DNA of 63,418 bases, filler included, from Collodictyon triciliatum (GCA_043381765.1; 24 parts of 24 records of this genome joined end to end with filler, not necessarily neighbours in it); one strand, 5' to 3'. Shown: positions 40,495 through 56,480, counted from the first letter of the whole stretch. Numbers and translations: made by a program. Notes: generated from the letters alone by a model not told the origin.

Positions 40495-41669
40495 GTAATC
40501 ACGGTCTTTTTCTGCCCTGTTTAAGTTTGAAAGATGACCTTAGATGTGTATTTCAAACTTTAATTATTTTTTTCTATTGGTTGGTTGTGTAAACTTATTT
40601 GTATAAACTCTGAAGTATAATTATATTTTCTTCTCAATAACAAAAAAAAAAAAATAATTACTATCCAAATCAAGCCTCCCATCATAGCCAAAGGAATGTC
40701 ACCATCCAAATCATGTATGATTTCCGAAACCAAAATCTCATACTGATGGGTGTGAGGCACCAAGTATCAGCAAAATGGCATTGGCATAAACTATGTTAGT
40801 CTTTTCGGGTGATTACTAATGTATTTTAATCGAAAAAAAAAGTCGTAGAGATTGTCAAACACAACTCAAATAGAGAGCCAACAGAGAAGCCATGTGGAAA
40901 ATTATCATGTGACTTAACAACGAAGTTTGATGAAAACGTGAATAACTTTAGTAGTACGGTAGTTAGAGATGTATATTGATTTTTTTTCCCTTTATTCGAT
41001 TCAAAGATATATGCATATTGATTTAATTCTGGTGATAAACCCTTGATGCATAGAAAAATAATCGATAAGGCAATTGCAATTATACAAATGAGTTTCTTGC
41101 AACTTATCCCAATTAATATTAAAACTGTTAGGTGTCCCCCCAGAATTTGAGACAGATGACATTAGAGGGAATTGAATTTTTATCACACTTGAAGGAAAAT
41201 GGAGAATAAAATAAGAAATATGTGTAGCATCACTATCTCAGCCTGGTTGTCTTTTTTCTGCTCACGTCTCTTCATCTTTTGTCTCTGGTTTTATTTTGGC
41301 TCATTGTATTCAAAGTAGACAGTTTCATAATAATCCGCCTAGCAATTATGCAAAGCATGTTTGTATTTGAGCTATTTTTCTATTTGGTCTGTATTTGCAA
41401 GTTCATGAGGCTAGGGGTTCAACCCCAGACTGCTGGCTGCCATATTTGAAGATAATAGCACTTTGTCCATGGCGAATATAATATCCAAGTCATGGTGAAA
41501 GTTCAATGCGTTTTCTTGTTATCAATTATTTCAAATGCGATAAAAAAAAAAAACACTCTTTGTTTTCTATTAGTGAAAGTGTACTGAGCAATTGATTTCC
41601 TCGTTTCCTCTCATTTCCCTTCTTTTATTTGGTAATTGTGTATCAACCTTTCCTTGAGAAAAAAAAGAC

Positions 41670-41940
41670 AGCAGGAAAGCCTAATTAAATGTTGGAGAGC
41701 CTAGCGAATGGGATAGCAGAAACTGTCCTGTCGCAGCAGAGAGCCGTCTCCAAAATCACTGTATCTGTAGAAAAACCGCAAGTTAGCCTCATGAAACCAC
41801 TCCACCTGCTTCTTGTGTGCACTTTACATCTCATATCCCACATCTCACATCACACATCACATTCACAGGTTAAGTTCAGTGGTGTTTTGGACAGCGTTGG
41901 GGTGGAAATCACGCGCCACTCAAAGGAAGTCTCACCCGAA
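41670..41940 (+). pseudogene. folB: Dihydroneopterin aldolase (FolB) C-terminal fragment
   Basis: GKPN*MLESLANGIAETVL...KITVSVEKPQ|VKFSGVLDSVGVEITR matches the FolB C-terminus. There is an in-frame TAA at 41686-41688, and no N-terminal exons were found upstream. Confidence 0.6.
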
Positions 41941-42266
41941 CAAACAAACAAACAAACAAACAAACAAACAAACAAACAAACAAACAAACAAACAAACAAA
42001 CAAACAAACAAACAAACAAACAAACAAACAAACAANNNNNNNNNNNNNNNNNNNNNNNNNNNNNNNNNNNNNNNNNNNNTTAATTAATTAANNNNNNNNN
42101 NNNNNNNNNNNNNNNNNNNNNNNNNNNNNNNNNNNATGATTACTATTATGATTACTATTATGATTACTATTATGATTACTATTATGATTACTATTATGAT
42201 TACTATTATGATTACTATTATGATTACTATTATGATTCTGAATAACTTCAATTAAGATGCTTCAAG

Positions 42267-43615
42267 GTAGGATAACAGGAAGAATTTTCCATTCATTGAT
42301 TAACACCCCCAAGAAGAGCTCGAGATGTAAACATCAGTCCAATCAATAATACATCTGGTTATCATATCAAAGTCTAGAATCACATACAGACTTACTTAAC
42401 TATGAAATGAAACAAAAATCAAAAAGTGTAGTATTAGATCAAATTGATTTTTAGATGCACTGTTAACCCATGGACTGAGTTCAAGGAAACTTGCCGACTC
42501 CCCAGTATGTCGATACCATTCATTTTTGCGAAAAAATAATCTGGAAAAATAGATGAAGAATAGGCAATGCTCATAATACATAAAAAAAAAACTTATATTT
42601 TCTCATTCTTTGGTTATCTATTATTTATACATTATCCCATTTTGCAATCCCAAAAGCCACCTGATCAAGTTTTCCCTGCGTTGGTGGCCTTTCTAAAGGA
42701 TTCTGTCATAGTGGCACATAATGCAAAATTTGATACATCCTTTCTTCTGTATGGCTTGATTGATTACTCGGTGAAATATGTGCCAATACAACTTGATTGT
42801 TGCTTTTCTTATTTTCTCTTTCCTCTTTTTTTGAAAATAATTAGTTTCCAATTAAGAAAAAGAAAGCTGCTGAACATCAAAATCTATATATACTGAACTG
42901 CAGATCAGAAATGAAACTTGCTGGGATTCACCAGTCTTATCCAATGAAATATTTCTGTACAATGAGCTTCTTTCAGAAGGTTTGCAATATTTGAATGATA
43001 AATAAAAAATAATCTTATCTGTACATTTTCCCATATCAATACAATAATCGAGAAACCCGTAACAACGATTGCATTCTTTTTCCTTTTTTTTTTTTTTCCT
43101 TAACAATTGCATTCTCTTTAATATGTGTCGCCCCAATATAAACGATTTGTCTTTTTCAAAAAAAAATGTTATTAGAAGGTTTTTGGTTGATATTTTTATA
43201 AATAACTTATTATATTCAGAACCACAAAGTCAAATACACCCTCAAGGGACTATGTGATGCATATGGAGTCTCCCAATACATAAATAACAGCGATAATAAA
43301 GTTTGAACTGCTTTTCTGTTCATATATGATGCCTTCCTTTCAAATATGCAATGCCACTGAGAGTGTTGGCAAATATTCGAATCCAAACATAATCACCTAT
43401 GAAGCAATCTTTTTCCAAGTTATTTCATAAGAAAACGTGTGTTTCCTGACATCCGTTTAGTGTGACGTTCTGCTAACATCATCATATTTTTACTTTACTA
43501 GCTCAAATTGCACGATGCGGCAAATGACTCATATATGCTCGCCATGGTGATGGAGAAGTATCTTTCCACAGATGAGGGACTTCAGGCGAAACCCTCCATA
43601 ACAACAGCAAACTGA
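42267..43615 (+). CDS. DEDDh 3'-5' exonuclease, DnaQ/Pol III epsilon-like; 5'-partial
   Basis: RITGRIFHSLIN, ALLTHGLS, ExoII VIVAHNAKFDTSFL, KYFCTMSFF, YTLKGLCDAYG and ExoIII LHDAAND; TGA stop ending at 43615. Confidence 0.85.
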
Positions 43616-44809
43616 ATTTTATTTTTGCATTCACATTCACACACCCTATTCTCTTTTTCATTTTTTTTTCTTTATCTCCACTCTTCCAAAACAAGAGAAA
43701 ATAATAAATCCCTTGTCTTCCAATTCTGCGCTGAATAATATTTCCTGCTCGACGAACGGAGCAATCTCCCCATAGAATGTAAAATACTACATATCCAATT
43801 TTCGATTGTTCTTGTGAGGTTGTTTTTCTTTGTTTTTCCTCTCGCTGGTTTCATTATGTCATTTTTGGTTTGGTTTGGTTTGGTGAAACCTTTCAATGAA
43901 GCGATTGATTGTCTCTCATTTCAATCCGCCTAAATTTGGTAATGCGACGAAAGGAGAAATCCGTTGAATATGTGATTGGACAGAAGTGTAAATCATAAGA
44001 TATGGTTCTCAAGAAGGAAGCGCAGTGATATATCTATATATACATTATTGAGTATTGTATACTCACATATATTCGTTATTGATCAAGATATATCAATAAT
44101 TTTTTTAAATTAATATATAAAATAATTTCCAGATATGTATATTAAACGAGTTCAAAGGTTTGATTTTTATGGATATAGATTAACCTGAATATACACCAAT
44201 CATATCCAAGAAAGTCGATTGATTCGGCAACTTTCATCGAAACACACTTTATGAACAGGTCTTCAATTCCACTTTGCCATGAGCACACGCCCTAAAACAG
44301 CGTTTCTTTCTAAGACGAGACCTGGTTCTTGGCTGCGGGGTTCCTGCCACTAGCGCCCAGCCCAGCCTCCTACTTTTTCCTCAGAATTATTGCAAGCCAG
44401 CAGGAAGCTCAGTTTCTGCAGAGAAATCTATCTGCCTCCACCCCACCCAGACTTGCATGTCCGGCCGAGGCCTGGTTGGATGGGACACTGTACTCGTTCT
44501 TTTCGACTAGAAAAATGAAAACAGCACTAAGAAAGCAGCAACAAGAAACAAAAAACAAAAAACAAAAAACAAAAAACAAAAAACAAAAAACAAAAAACAA
44601 AAAACAAAAAACAAAACAAAAAACAAAAAACAAAAAACAAAAAACAAAAAACAAAAAACAAAAAACAAAAAACAAAAAACAAAAAACAAAAAACAAAAAA
44701 CAAAAAAAANNNNNNNNNNNNNNNNNNNNNNNNNNNNNNNNNNNNNNNNNNNNTTAATTAATTAANNNNNNNNNNNNNNNNNNNNNNNNNNNNNNNNNNN
44801 NNNNNNNNN

Positions 44810-44873
<64 letters not shown>

Positions 44874-45029
44874 AAAAAAACAAAAAAACAAAAAACAAAA
44901 AAACAAAAAACAAATAACAAAAAACAAATAACAAAAAAACAAAAAAACAAAAAAACAAAAAACAAAAAAACAAAAAAACAAAAAAAACAACCCATCAGAG
45001 CAGACCGTACAGCACCGCAAAGCTCGCCC

Positions 45030-46620
45030 ATGGGCAAACTCGACTACGATCTCATGGCAGAAGGATGGCTCGGCTTCGACTGGATACTCCGAATCAACAA
45101 CGAGCACGACTACCTGATCTCAAGGCCGATCGCAGGGCCGAACTCCACACCGCACCGATCCAAGATACTCGGCGAGTCCGTCGCCCTGACTTTTACGATT
45201 CACAACCGCTCGCTGGTCAGGAATCGCGATGCGTGCTCTGTGGATGCTGCGGGCGAGACGACAAACGCATTGCCACTCGAAGGCGGGGAAACGTCGGGGC
45301 AAAGCTACCTGCAGATGCTGCTTCAGATCCGCTCCAGAGTTCCGAGCCAGCGCAATGCGGAAGGGATTCATGTCGGGAGCAGAGTCTATGCTTATCCGAC
45401 AGAGCCCGTGTTGATGGAGATATATGCATATCGTCCTAACGTCGAGCAGCTTGTCAAAAGCTGCACTGTCACTGTGAAGCAGGCCAATGCAGACCTTGGG
45501 GACTTTGGGTTTTGGTTGGGCCGGAGCGAGTCTCTGGTTTGTGCTTATATCCACAAACACGAGGTGATTCAAAGTATGAATGGCTCATCCTTTTCAAGCC
45601 TTTTTGAGTTTGTTGATATGAAGCATGTAGTGGCCGAAAAGGTTAGTCTGATACATTTATTGATTGATATATATCTTTGCGAATGTCTTATCTTGTAGTT
45701 GTTATGCAGGATAGACATTTCCTGACTATGTTCTGATTATCAGATGATTGCATCACTCCTTTTTTTTTCTTCTCATTTTTTTTAAAATAAAAGTTAATCA
45801 AATGCAGGCTTTCCACTCCCATATTTCGCTATACAACCCGATGGATGGCTCTCTATTACACTCCTCTAGCGCTGCATCCAGCGTTCGTATACTGCCCAGA
45901 GTCTCAAAGCTGTCCATTTCATATGTTTTCCCACAAGGAGTTGCTGTTTCTCGAGGCGACACGGTCGTTATGAACTTTGTATTAACCGTCTTTCCGGATT
46001 CAGGAAAGTCCCGTGTTGTTCAAGCATTCAGCAAAAGCTGGAAGGGGTCCACATCAGTTTCCTTGATGGATGGCTTCATCACTGTTAAAATTCTCGCTGG
46101 AGCTATACCAGACAACAAATTAAGCATTACAAATATCAACATAGACTTTTTGCTCCCAGATTCACCACTGACATATAGTGAACCTCGTTACTCTGTATTC
46201 CGGCAACACAATCAGTCCTCCATGGAACAAGTTTTGCAACTTTTAGATTCAGAGAACCATTCTTTCCTTAATTCAGGGAACCAATACGAGACTCCAATGG
46301 ATTTTGATGACAACAGCGATAGTAGCGACCCTGGCCCAGATGGAAACGAACTTAGTCTGGCTACGCGAATATCCTGTAAGTTGTCGCATCTAGTCATCAT
46401 GACTTAAAAAAAAGAAAGAAAAAGCGGACCATCTTCTTCAATCGTGCTACTTGGTTATGCATTCCTTCTGAATATTTTTCCGTTATATATAAAATTGTAT
46501 TTGATCCATATCGCACAGTATTTCGGATGCGCTCTCGGCACGGAGACAATTGAATCCATCGCAAGGCTCTCAAGTGGTTTGGGATTCAAAGTAGATGATG
46601 AACCCCCTTTTCATCTGATA
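45030..46620 (+). CDS. Hypothetical protein, multi-exon
   Basis: Two open frames of about 200 codons (45030-45641 and about 45793-46375) and a short third exon, with GC-richer coding-like composition. No family recognised. Confidence 0.5.
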
Positions 46621-47275
46621 ATCGTACAAAAGAAAAAAAATTCGGGACTGACGGCCTACTTTGTTTTCTCTGTTAAATTTGAAATCTAATCTATAATCCA
46701 TACGCGCAGAATAAATAATAATCTCCAAGGCTTTGTTTGTTTCTTTGGTTCTTTGATTCCTTGTTTGCGTGGGACAAATTCCCAAAGGTTAATCTATTTT
46801 TAAACCAAGCAATGCGAAAAAAGTGGTGATACCTTGGATACTAGCGGACCATGTTTACCAATCTTTCGATAGGTATACCCTTTCTTGTAAGTAATAATTC
46901 AATATCAAGAAAATGCACACACCTTCCACTGACAAAAGGTGGGCACAAAGCCGACGTTACCGCGCTTCTTATACCGTAAACTTTTTATTGTATACAAAAG
47001 ATCGAGATGAGAGAGCGTTGGAAACGTCTATCTGCTCTTTTGTGGAAAGAAAAATGAGTTTGAGATTCACCATTTATAGACTTATGGACTGAATAATCAT
47101 AGAAACCCTCTTAAAAAAATGAGCGAGATTCGGTTATCCTCCTTCTCCGCCCAGATCATCCTGTCTCTTGGGGCGTGTGGATACTGAAAGAAATGCCGAA
47201 AGAAACGCTGGGGGAAATGAGAAAAGATAAAGAAAAGAAAAAGAAAAAAAAAGAAAAAGAAAAAAAAAGAAAAAG

Positions 47276-47383
<108 letters not shown>

Positions 47384-47483
47384 NNNNNNNNNNNNNNNNN
47401 NNNNNNNNNNNNNNNNNNNNNNNNNNNTTAATTAATTAANNNNNNNNNNNNNNNNNNNNNNNNNNNNNNNNNNNNNNNNNNNN

Positions 47484-47577
<94 letters not shown>

Positions 47578-47902
47578 TTCAAACTTTCTCCCAGCAAGAC
47601 AATATACCAGGCTCAGAGACTCGCATCTTACACAAATTGAAAGCAATAATAATATTATCATTAGTTTTTGTTATAAAAAAGGTAATTTCCGTTAGCTTTT
47701 CTAGTCGGCATTCCATCTGTGTTTTTATTTCATTTGAACAAACGTTATAACATCCAAAAGTGGGTAATGAATTATTCTTCACATGTAGACATATTCAAAT
47801 CAAACAATAAGGCACTATCAATTAATGTTGTATCATTAACTTCATAATAAATAGTTAATGATACAACAATTAAAAAAAAATTTTTTTTGCACAATTTTAA
47901 TT

Positions 47903-49722
<1,820 letters not shown>

Positions 49723-49963
49723 GATTCTGATACAGTGACAGAGAAGATAGGATTCTTCAGTTTTGCAGAGTTGATGTGATGTCTGTCAGCCTCAATAGGT
49801 CTTTTACTCTCCAAGTGTTGGAAATGTAGACTATTTCCTCGATCTCTTACACAAAATTGTTGTCACTTCCTGACTCAAACCCTTTCAAAGAATAGGAGAT
49901 GAAAACCATGTGAATATAGTTACAGTTTCCATTTATTAGTTTGTTTTATATGATTTTTAAATA

Positions 49964-50057
<94 letters not shown>

Positions 50058-50350
50058 NNNNNNNNNNNNNNNNNNNNNNNNNNNNNNNNNNNNNNNNNNN
50101 NTTAATTAATTAANNNNNNNNNNNNNNNNNNNNNNNNNNNNNNNNNNNNNNNNNNNNAAAAACCCAAAAAACCCAAAAAACCCAAAAAACCCAAAAAACC
50201 CAAAAAACCCAAAAAACCCAAAAAACCCAAAAAACCCAAAAAACCTCAAAAAACCTCAAAAAACCTCAAAAAACCTCAAAAAACCTCAAAAAACCTCAAA
50301 AAACCTCAAAAAACCCCAATCAAAATTCAAGAACAAAATAAAAGACATAC

Positions 50351-51105
50351 CGAAATCCGTGACCAATAAACTGAATGAAAACAGCGCTGGAATGAACGTG
50401 AAGGAGCAGCACAGCGCGATGATAGTTATTCTACCCACACAGAAAAGCGGAGTAGTCTCATGGACAGTGAAATGAAATCCCAATGCGCCTATAGAAAAAA
50501 GGAGGAGAAAAACAAAGACTAAAATAATCCATCCTGCTGCGTACGCCCGGATGTGAAAACATTCTGGGCAGTTATGCGAGGCCATTTGCTACGGACTATG
50601 TGGATAGCGCGCACATACTCACGCAAACCAAGACTCAACAACCAGCCACCCATTCCTGATAATAGGCTGGATGACATCATACAAATCTCTTTCCTCAACA
50701 GCTTCCTTCGCCACCTGCACGTTCTCTACTACTCAGACCCTGTGAGGAGGGACATGTGGAAAGAGGCTGAGAAAGATTTTCAACCTCGCCTTGTATCTCT
50801 CATGCAAACACAAGACTCAGACCACAGGCCAAACCGCAGGATGCAATTCCTGATTACCGACTGCTTCTCCGCCACCCGGCCAATAAGTAGCATCCATGCA
50901 AACAATGGCTGGCGAACCAAAAGCTAAAGCCAACCGACATGTTTCGCAAATGGAAACAATATATCATCGCCAATGAAAATCTGGGCGATCATCTACCTTA
51001 TAGCGATACTCATCTATATCACAATTAGGAGTCCAATATATATAATGTCCACTTTCATATCAATAGTGTTTATTCTTGCTTGAGAAAACAGCCATGGACG
51101 GAGCA
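50351..51105 (-). pseudogene. Disrupted multi-pass membrane protein exon
   Basis: A hydrophobic frame ...VRQPLFAWMLLIGRAYAAGWIILVFVFLLLFSIG...LLVTDF is restored when the L1 fragment is removed. The upstream part has TAG stops. Confidence 0.45.
50551..50879 (+). mobile_element. Internal fragment of L1-clade ORF2 C-terminus flanked by a CCCGG direct repeat
   Basis: KTFWAVMRGHLLRTMWIARTYSR...IQISFLNSFLRHLHVLYYSD..RRDMW aligns with the 5916-6263 ORF (RILWAVTRGHMLWFLWSVRAFSR...VQYSFLNSLLKHTRILRYSD..RGEMW). CCCGG occurs at 50546-50550 and 50875-50879. Confidence 0.75.
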
Positions 51106-54100
51106 AAGCAATTACAACAAACAATCATCATTTTAAAAAATAGCTCTGTTACAGTCTCTTAGACACAAACACGAAACAATAAATGGGAGAACATCAAAAT
51201 ATATAGGCAGTTTCAATGTTTCGTAACTTTGATGCTCACTTTGACTGGTAAAATGATAAGCGAGGTTCTTCAACAAAACACAGCCCATTCATTAGATATT
51301 TTTTTTATTTAAAAAATATAACAAGCGGATGGAGTGGACTGCTCTTGGATAAGATGTTCTGAGGCAAAGGGACTAGTAGGGTTTATGTCTCCTTGCACAA
51401 GAAGCATCAGTAAGGGGTGGACTAGTCGGGTACGTAGTGTGGCACACGCAGCCACACGCAGCCACACGCAACCGTGGCCAACACACATAATACCCAGAAA
51501 AGAAGTAGCATTACCTCCGCGTCTGATTAAGTAAAAAAAAAAAAAAACATCACTCCGTTTGTATGAGAGGAAACTCGTGGGGGAGTGTCATCAAAAATAA
51601 ATTATTCCGATCTAGACTCGAGAAATCGAGATCTGAATACATTACCAACAACCCAATTATACCAATCAGTCAAAGGCCTTCCCAGTCGAGTGTGTGGTGC
51701 GCAGGTTGGGTGGAAATCATTCAGAAATATCTTTTTTTCTTTTTTCTTTTCTTTCCATTTTTATTTGAATGAACCAATTCATCTCCTTTTCATTTTTTTC
51801 TCTCTCCTATTTTTATTAATCCCCCTCTCTAATAAAGCTATAGTGTTTGCGGGAATTGAGGAAAGCAAAATAATGTGCATAATATTTGAATATGTGTCTT
51901 TGGTAATTAGATGAAACATATTAAAATTCTTTTTAGGACAGAACATAATCACACTCAAGGCATTTGACCACCTGTTGGAAGGAAAGATTCTAAGCAGATA
52001 CAACGATACTGCGTGACCGCTCCTGCGTCTGTTTCGTCCACCTGCCAAAGCAGGCTTTTCCGCTTTCCTTTTCCCCTCATTTTCATCCCTTCAGTCAAGC
52101 CCTTCCTCACATGCGAACAAATATATAAGACGCGCATCATTACCGAAAACTGTCAATCGGGGGTTCTTTCTTTCTTTTTCCTCCCCGCAATCAGTTCTAC
52201 AGGATAAGCACCAAGAGTTCAATCACGAGGGTAACCACAAACACCATTAGACATTCAGGGCACTTGCAAATAAAAGAAGCTCTTGTCTGAGGAGAAAGAT
52301 GGGAAACAACTTTAATTAAAAAATGTTATAATTCAATACCACTTTATTTCCTGTCTGCAACTCACATCGCTCAGGGCATTTTCAAAATATAGGAAAAATT
52401 ATATAAAATACAAGCTAATTATCTGAGTAGCGCGGATAAAAAAAATTTTTGAATCAAGTTGTGATTATAACCTTTTTTTATTTCACAACATTAATACAAT
52501 TTCATTATCAACCCCACTTAGATTGTTGACTTTTTAATTCGTTACAATTAATTTTTGTTCATTTTCCTTTCTCCTTTTCCTTTCTAATTGTTTTATTCCT
52601 TTTATCATCTTCATTGGTTTTTTTATATGGTAGACACACAAGAATATGCAATTAAGAAATACTTTCACCAAAATCTATTACTATTTTTCTTTGGAATATC
52701 ATCAAAAATCTCTAAATGACATAAATTAATGNNNNNNNNNNNNNNNNNNNNNNNNNNNNNNNNNNNNNNNNNNNNTTAATTAATTAANNNNNNNNNNNNN
52801 NNNNNNNNNNNNNNNNNNNNNNNNNNNNNNNACGGTTCACGCCCTTTTATTTTTTTCGATTATTATCATTCACGTATATTCATAAAATCCTTTTTATGTA
52901 TCCAAATATTTTCTTATATTTATGTTGATTTATAAGATTTATTCAGTTTATTCACCACATACAGTATGAATTCTATGATTGTTTCATATTATTAAGTCTG
53001 ATAGTGTTCAGTTTATTATGTTTGGTCAAAATATGGCAGAGTACAAGTATTAAATACGATTACAATTTAATTTCTTTATCTAATATTCATCAATTTTCTA
53101 CTAGGAACATTATCTCTGTATTGATGCACACGTAAAATACCTCAATGACTAAATTTTCAATTATAAATTACCTTTGAAACGATTGTGCTTGTAAATTTAT
53201 TAACATTCAGACCTTTGTTGCCTTTGTCATAGTAATAATTATATTTTGCATCAAAAATCTAGTACTAACCTTTGTGTAATAGACTTATTCTATTCAAAGC
53301 TCCAAAGAACCTTTATAGCACACAGTCTTAAAATCTCAATGAAATATATGATTTACATTAAACATATCACTATTAAAAGTCATAATAATAAAACAATTTT
53401 TTATCAGAGTGATTTGGTTTTGATTAGTATAGCTGGTTTTAGCTCGATGAATCATATTAATATGGTGACTGTGACAAATATGTCCTTTAAAGAGAGGTCA
53501 ATTAAAAATCACTATATTTGGGACTTATGATAGAGAATGAGATAACAATTGACATGAATCAGATAAAAAAATTCATAATAATACCGGGTGTGAATCATGA
53601 AATCTAATAGAGATGATATCCAATACTCACACAACACATTTTAATACTGCAATCAGTTGTTAATGAAATTTTACCGAATATTAGGATGTAGTTCATCTCT
53701 TGAGCCCCTATTTTGTACATAGATGGTTATTCTTCAAGGGTTAAATATTTTATATATAATATTTTATCAATAATATGGTTAACTGAAAGACAATTTGCTA
53801 AGCTATATTAAATCATAATTATAATTTCCGAACAGATACTATCGAAATCCATGTTCTAAAGGAAATATTTTTGTTTGCTCCTATGATGTTCATTCGATGT
53901 AGTCATGCGAACAGTAATTATTTTATAGTTGTATCAGAGTAAGTTATCTAAAATATGACTATTATAAAGTTATGATGTTCTGATTAATTATATGTATAAA
54001 TATGAAACGGAAACAAAAACGAATTGAATCAGTATATCTCGATGAATATGCACATTATGATAATGAATTATTAATATCCTGATTAATTTTTATTGGAATA

Positions 54101-55511
54101 TCTTGGTATTTATAGATTTTCATTTAGAGGAATATTAATATAAATGTTCAACAAGTAAAGCAATTTTTCAAAGGATACCACTGGTTCTGGTTATGAATAT
54201 TTTATGAGATTATATTTTACAATATTCAACTGATGAATAATCTATTAATACATGCACTTAAATTAATTATCGTATATCATTTCAATTTTAATGTTATTTC
54301 CATTACATATTTAATAATTAATCAATATGCCAATTCGATTAGTTCTTAAAATTACATGTCATTAACCACTTATTACTTTTAAATATCATATCATCCGCTC
54401 ATCCAATCTTGGATTGCTTAGAAAACGAGTTAAAAGTATGATATATTTTTGGTCGATTAATTAAATAATGTTTTGTGCATTAAGATGCCTTTATAAAGAG
54501 AACATGATTGAACAACCAATTTATCGATTATTTCTTTACTTTATCATATATTATATACGAAATGTGTGAAAAATATAACCAAATGATTGACATATTTTTC
54601 CTTGATGACATGTTTTATTCATAATTGTGATATACATTTAATTAATGATACGCATAACATACAACATATAGCTATTATCATACTGCATCCTTTTAAAATC
54701 GTACAAATTTTATGAATAATAATAATTATTTCTATATTTCTAATTATATGTGTGATACATTTGATTTTAAGTGCATATAATTAATTGAAAAAGTCTTGTG
54801 AAATCGTCGGCTATTTTGTTATCACAATTTATTGATTTATCACTCAGACAAACCAAACCTATTCTTCTCAAACTGAGACATATATTATCCTATCATTTAA
54901 ACTTAAACTTGATTTTTTTTCTTTATTCTCATGTCCTATTCACAATGAGGCTAATTTGCATGAGTCCCATACTTAATATTGTTTTCCGTATGTCATAAAT
55001 TGATTGATTTGTTTTTAAGGCATTTTTCATCTAATAATTGATTAGTGATTTTCCTATAAGTATCAAATCAAAATCTACTTATAATTGATACAAAAATGAC
55101 CTTGCTAAAAATATTACCGGAGACTAATGAATTTTTATCATTTTTATCAACAATACAGTTGATATCCGTTTAATTTGAGATGATGACTTTTTTGCATTTT
55201 TAATATAATTTAACTGATAAAGTCACTATATCATCAAATAAAATAGTCATGTTTATCAATGGACATGAATAAGAGTATTCATATTTTGAGAGATTTTTAT
55301 ATGAAATTTATTGAAGTTATGTGTAGATAATCTATCTATGTATTTTTGAATGAATCAATTAAAATTTAAATAGAGTGATTCAATATTAGATGTTTAAGAA
55401 AATGTGNNNNNNNNNNNNNNNNNNNNNNNNNNNNNNNNNNNNNNNNNNNNTTAATTAATTAANNNNNNNNNNNNNNNNNNNNNNNNNNNNNNNNNNNNNN
55501 NNNNNNAAAAA

Positions 55512-55561
<50 letters not shown>

Positions 55562-55673
55562 TAATAGAATAGAATAGTTGAGCGAAAGTGGGGTTAGTTA
55601 AAAAGCAAGAACAAAATTTAAACCATTTAGTGAGAGAAATGTGAAAAAAATATTGTGTATGGTTGGTACTTAC

Positions 55674-56480
55674 GCTTTTGAAAATTGTTTTTCAGGCTTG
55701 CTTAGTAGCTCTTTTCTTTTCTCTTCGATTTTGGCCTCGATGTAATCCTCAGCCGCGCTATTTCATAAAATAATAATAATTGAGTTAAGAATGGGTTGAG
55801 CAGAAGATATGAAATGATTTAATTGGTTAAGTATATGATTTTCTGTTTGTTTATAAAAAAAAAAAGGGGAGAGAAAGAGAAGAAAATATATTGCGCACAA
55901 TTTTCTTTTCATTTTACTCGTGGCATTACAATCCAGAATCAACCATTTATATTTAAAACGGACTTGGCACATTTGTGTTTGGACTGGAGAGATCAACAAA
56001 CCCTTCGCCTTCGAGGTCTTCACGCAAAGCCATCAGCTGCACTTCAATGGCACGTTTTCGCTGGTGCTCAAGAATGTCTTCATTGGGCTTTTTTGGCGGA
56101 GTTGGGCCCTTCATATCATCCTTGTCGGAATAAACCTTGTTGCTACGTACATGTATCCGATCTCGAGAGTTTAGCACCAAGTTTTGTGCTTCCAGTGTGA
56201 TTATAGCACATATTAAAGCCAGGGAAGAGACACATGGCTATCATTTATTGGGATATCGGAAAATATGCAAATCCTTTCTTTCATTTGGCCAATAGACAGA
56301 CTGAAATGAGACACATGATTGTGTAGAGAAAGGTGGTAGGGTTCTAGGAGAGAAGCCTTGAAAGAGATGTTTCAGAGGGACCTACAATTTGTCTTTAGGC
56401 CTCACAAAGCTGAGATTCTTTTGCACGAAGCCGTTAGTTCCAGAGCCACGCGGGGTGGACAAGCCGATGCCATTGTACAT
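55674..56480 (-). CDS. CWC21: Pre-mRNA splicing factor CWC21/SRRM2 N-terminus (cwf21 domain), 3'-partial
   Basis: [71 protein letters not shown]. Confidence 0.95.

Noticed and set aside
41405-41430. GGGGTTCAACCCC B-box-like hairpin as a tRNA
   Set aside because: There is no convincing A-box, D-arm or acceptor stem.
50158-50316. (AAAAAACCC)n/(AAAAAACCTC)n as a telomere
   Set aside because: The unit drifts, it lies just past a splice donor, and many different simple repeats end other contigs in the same way.
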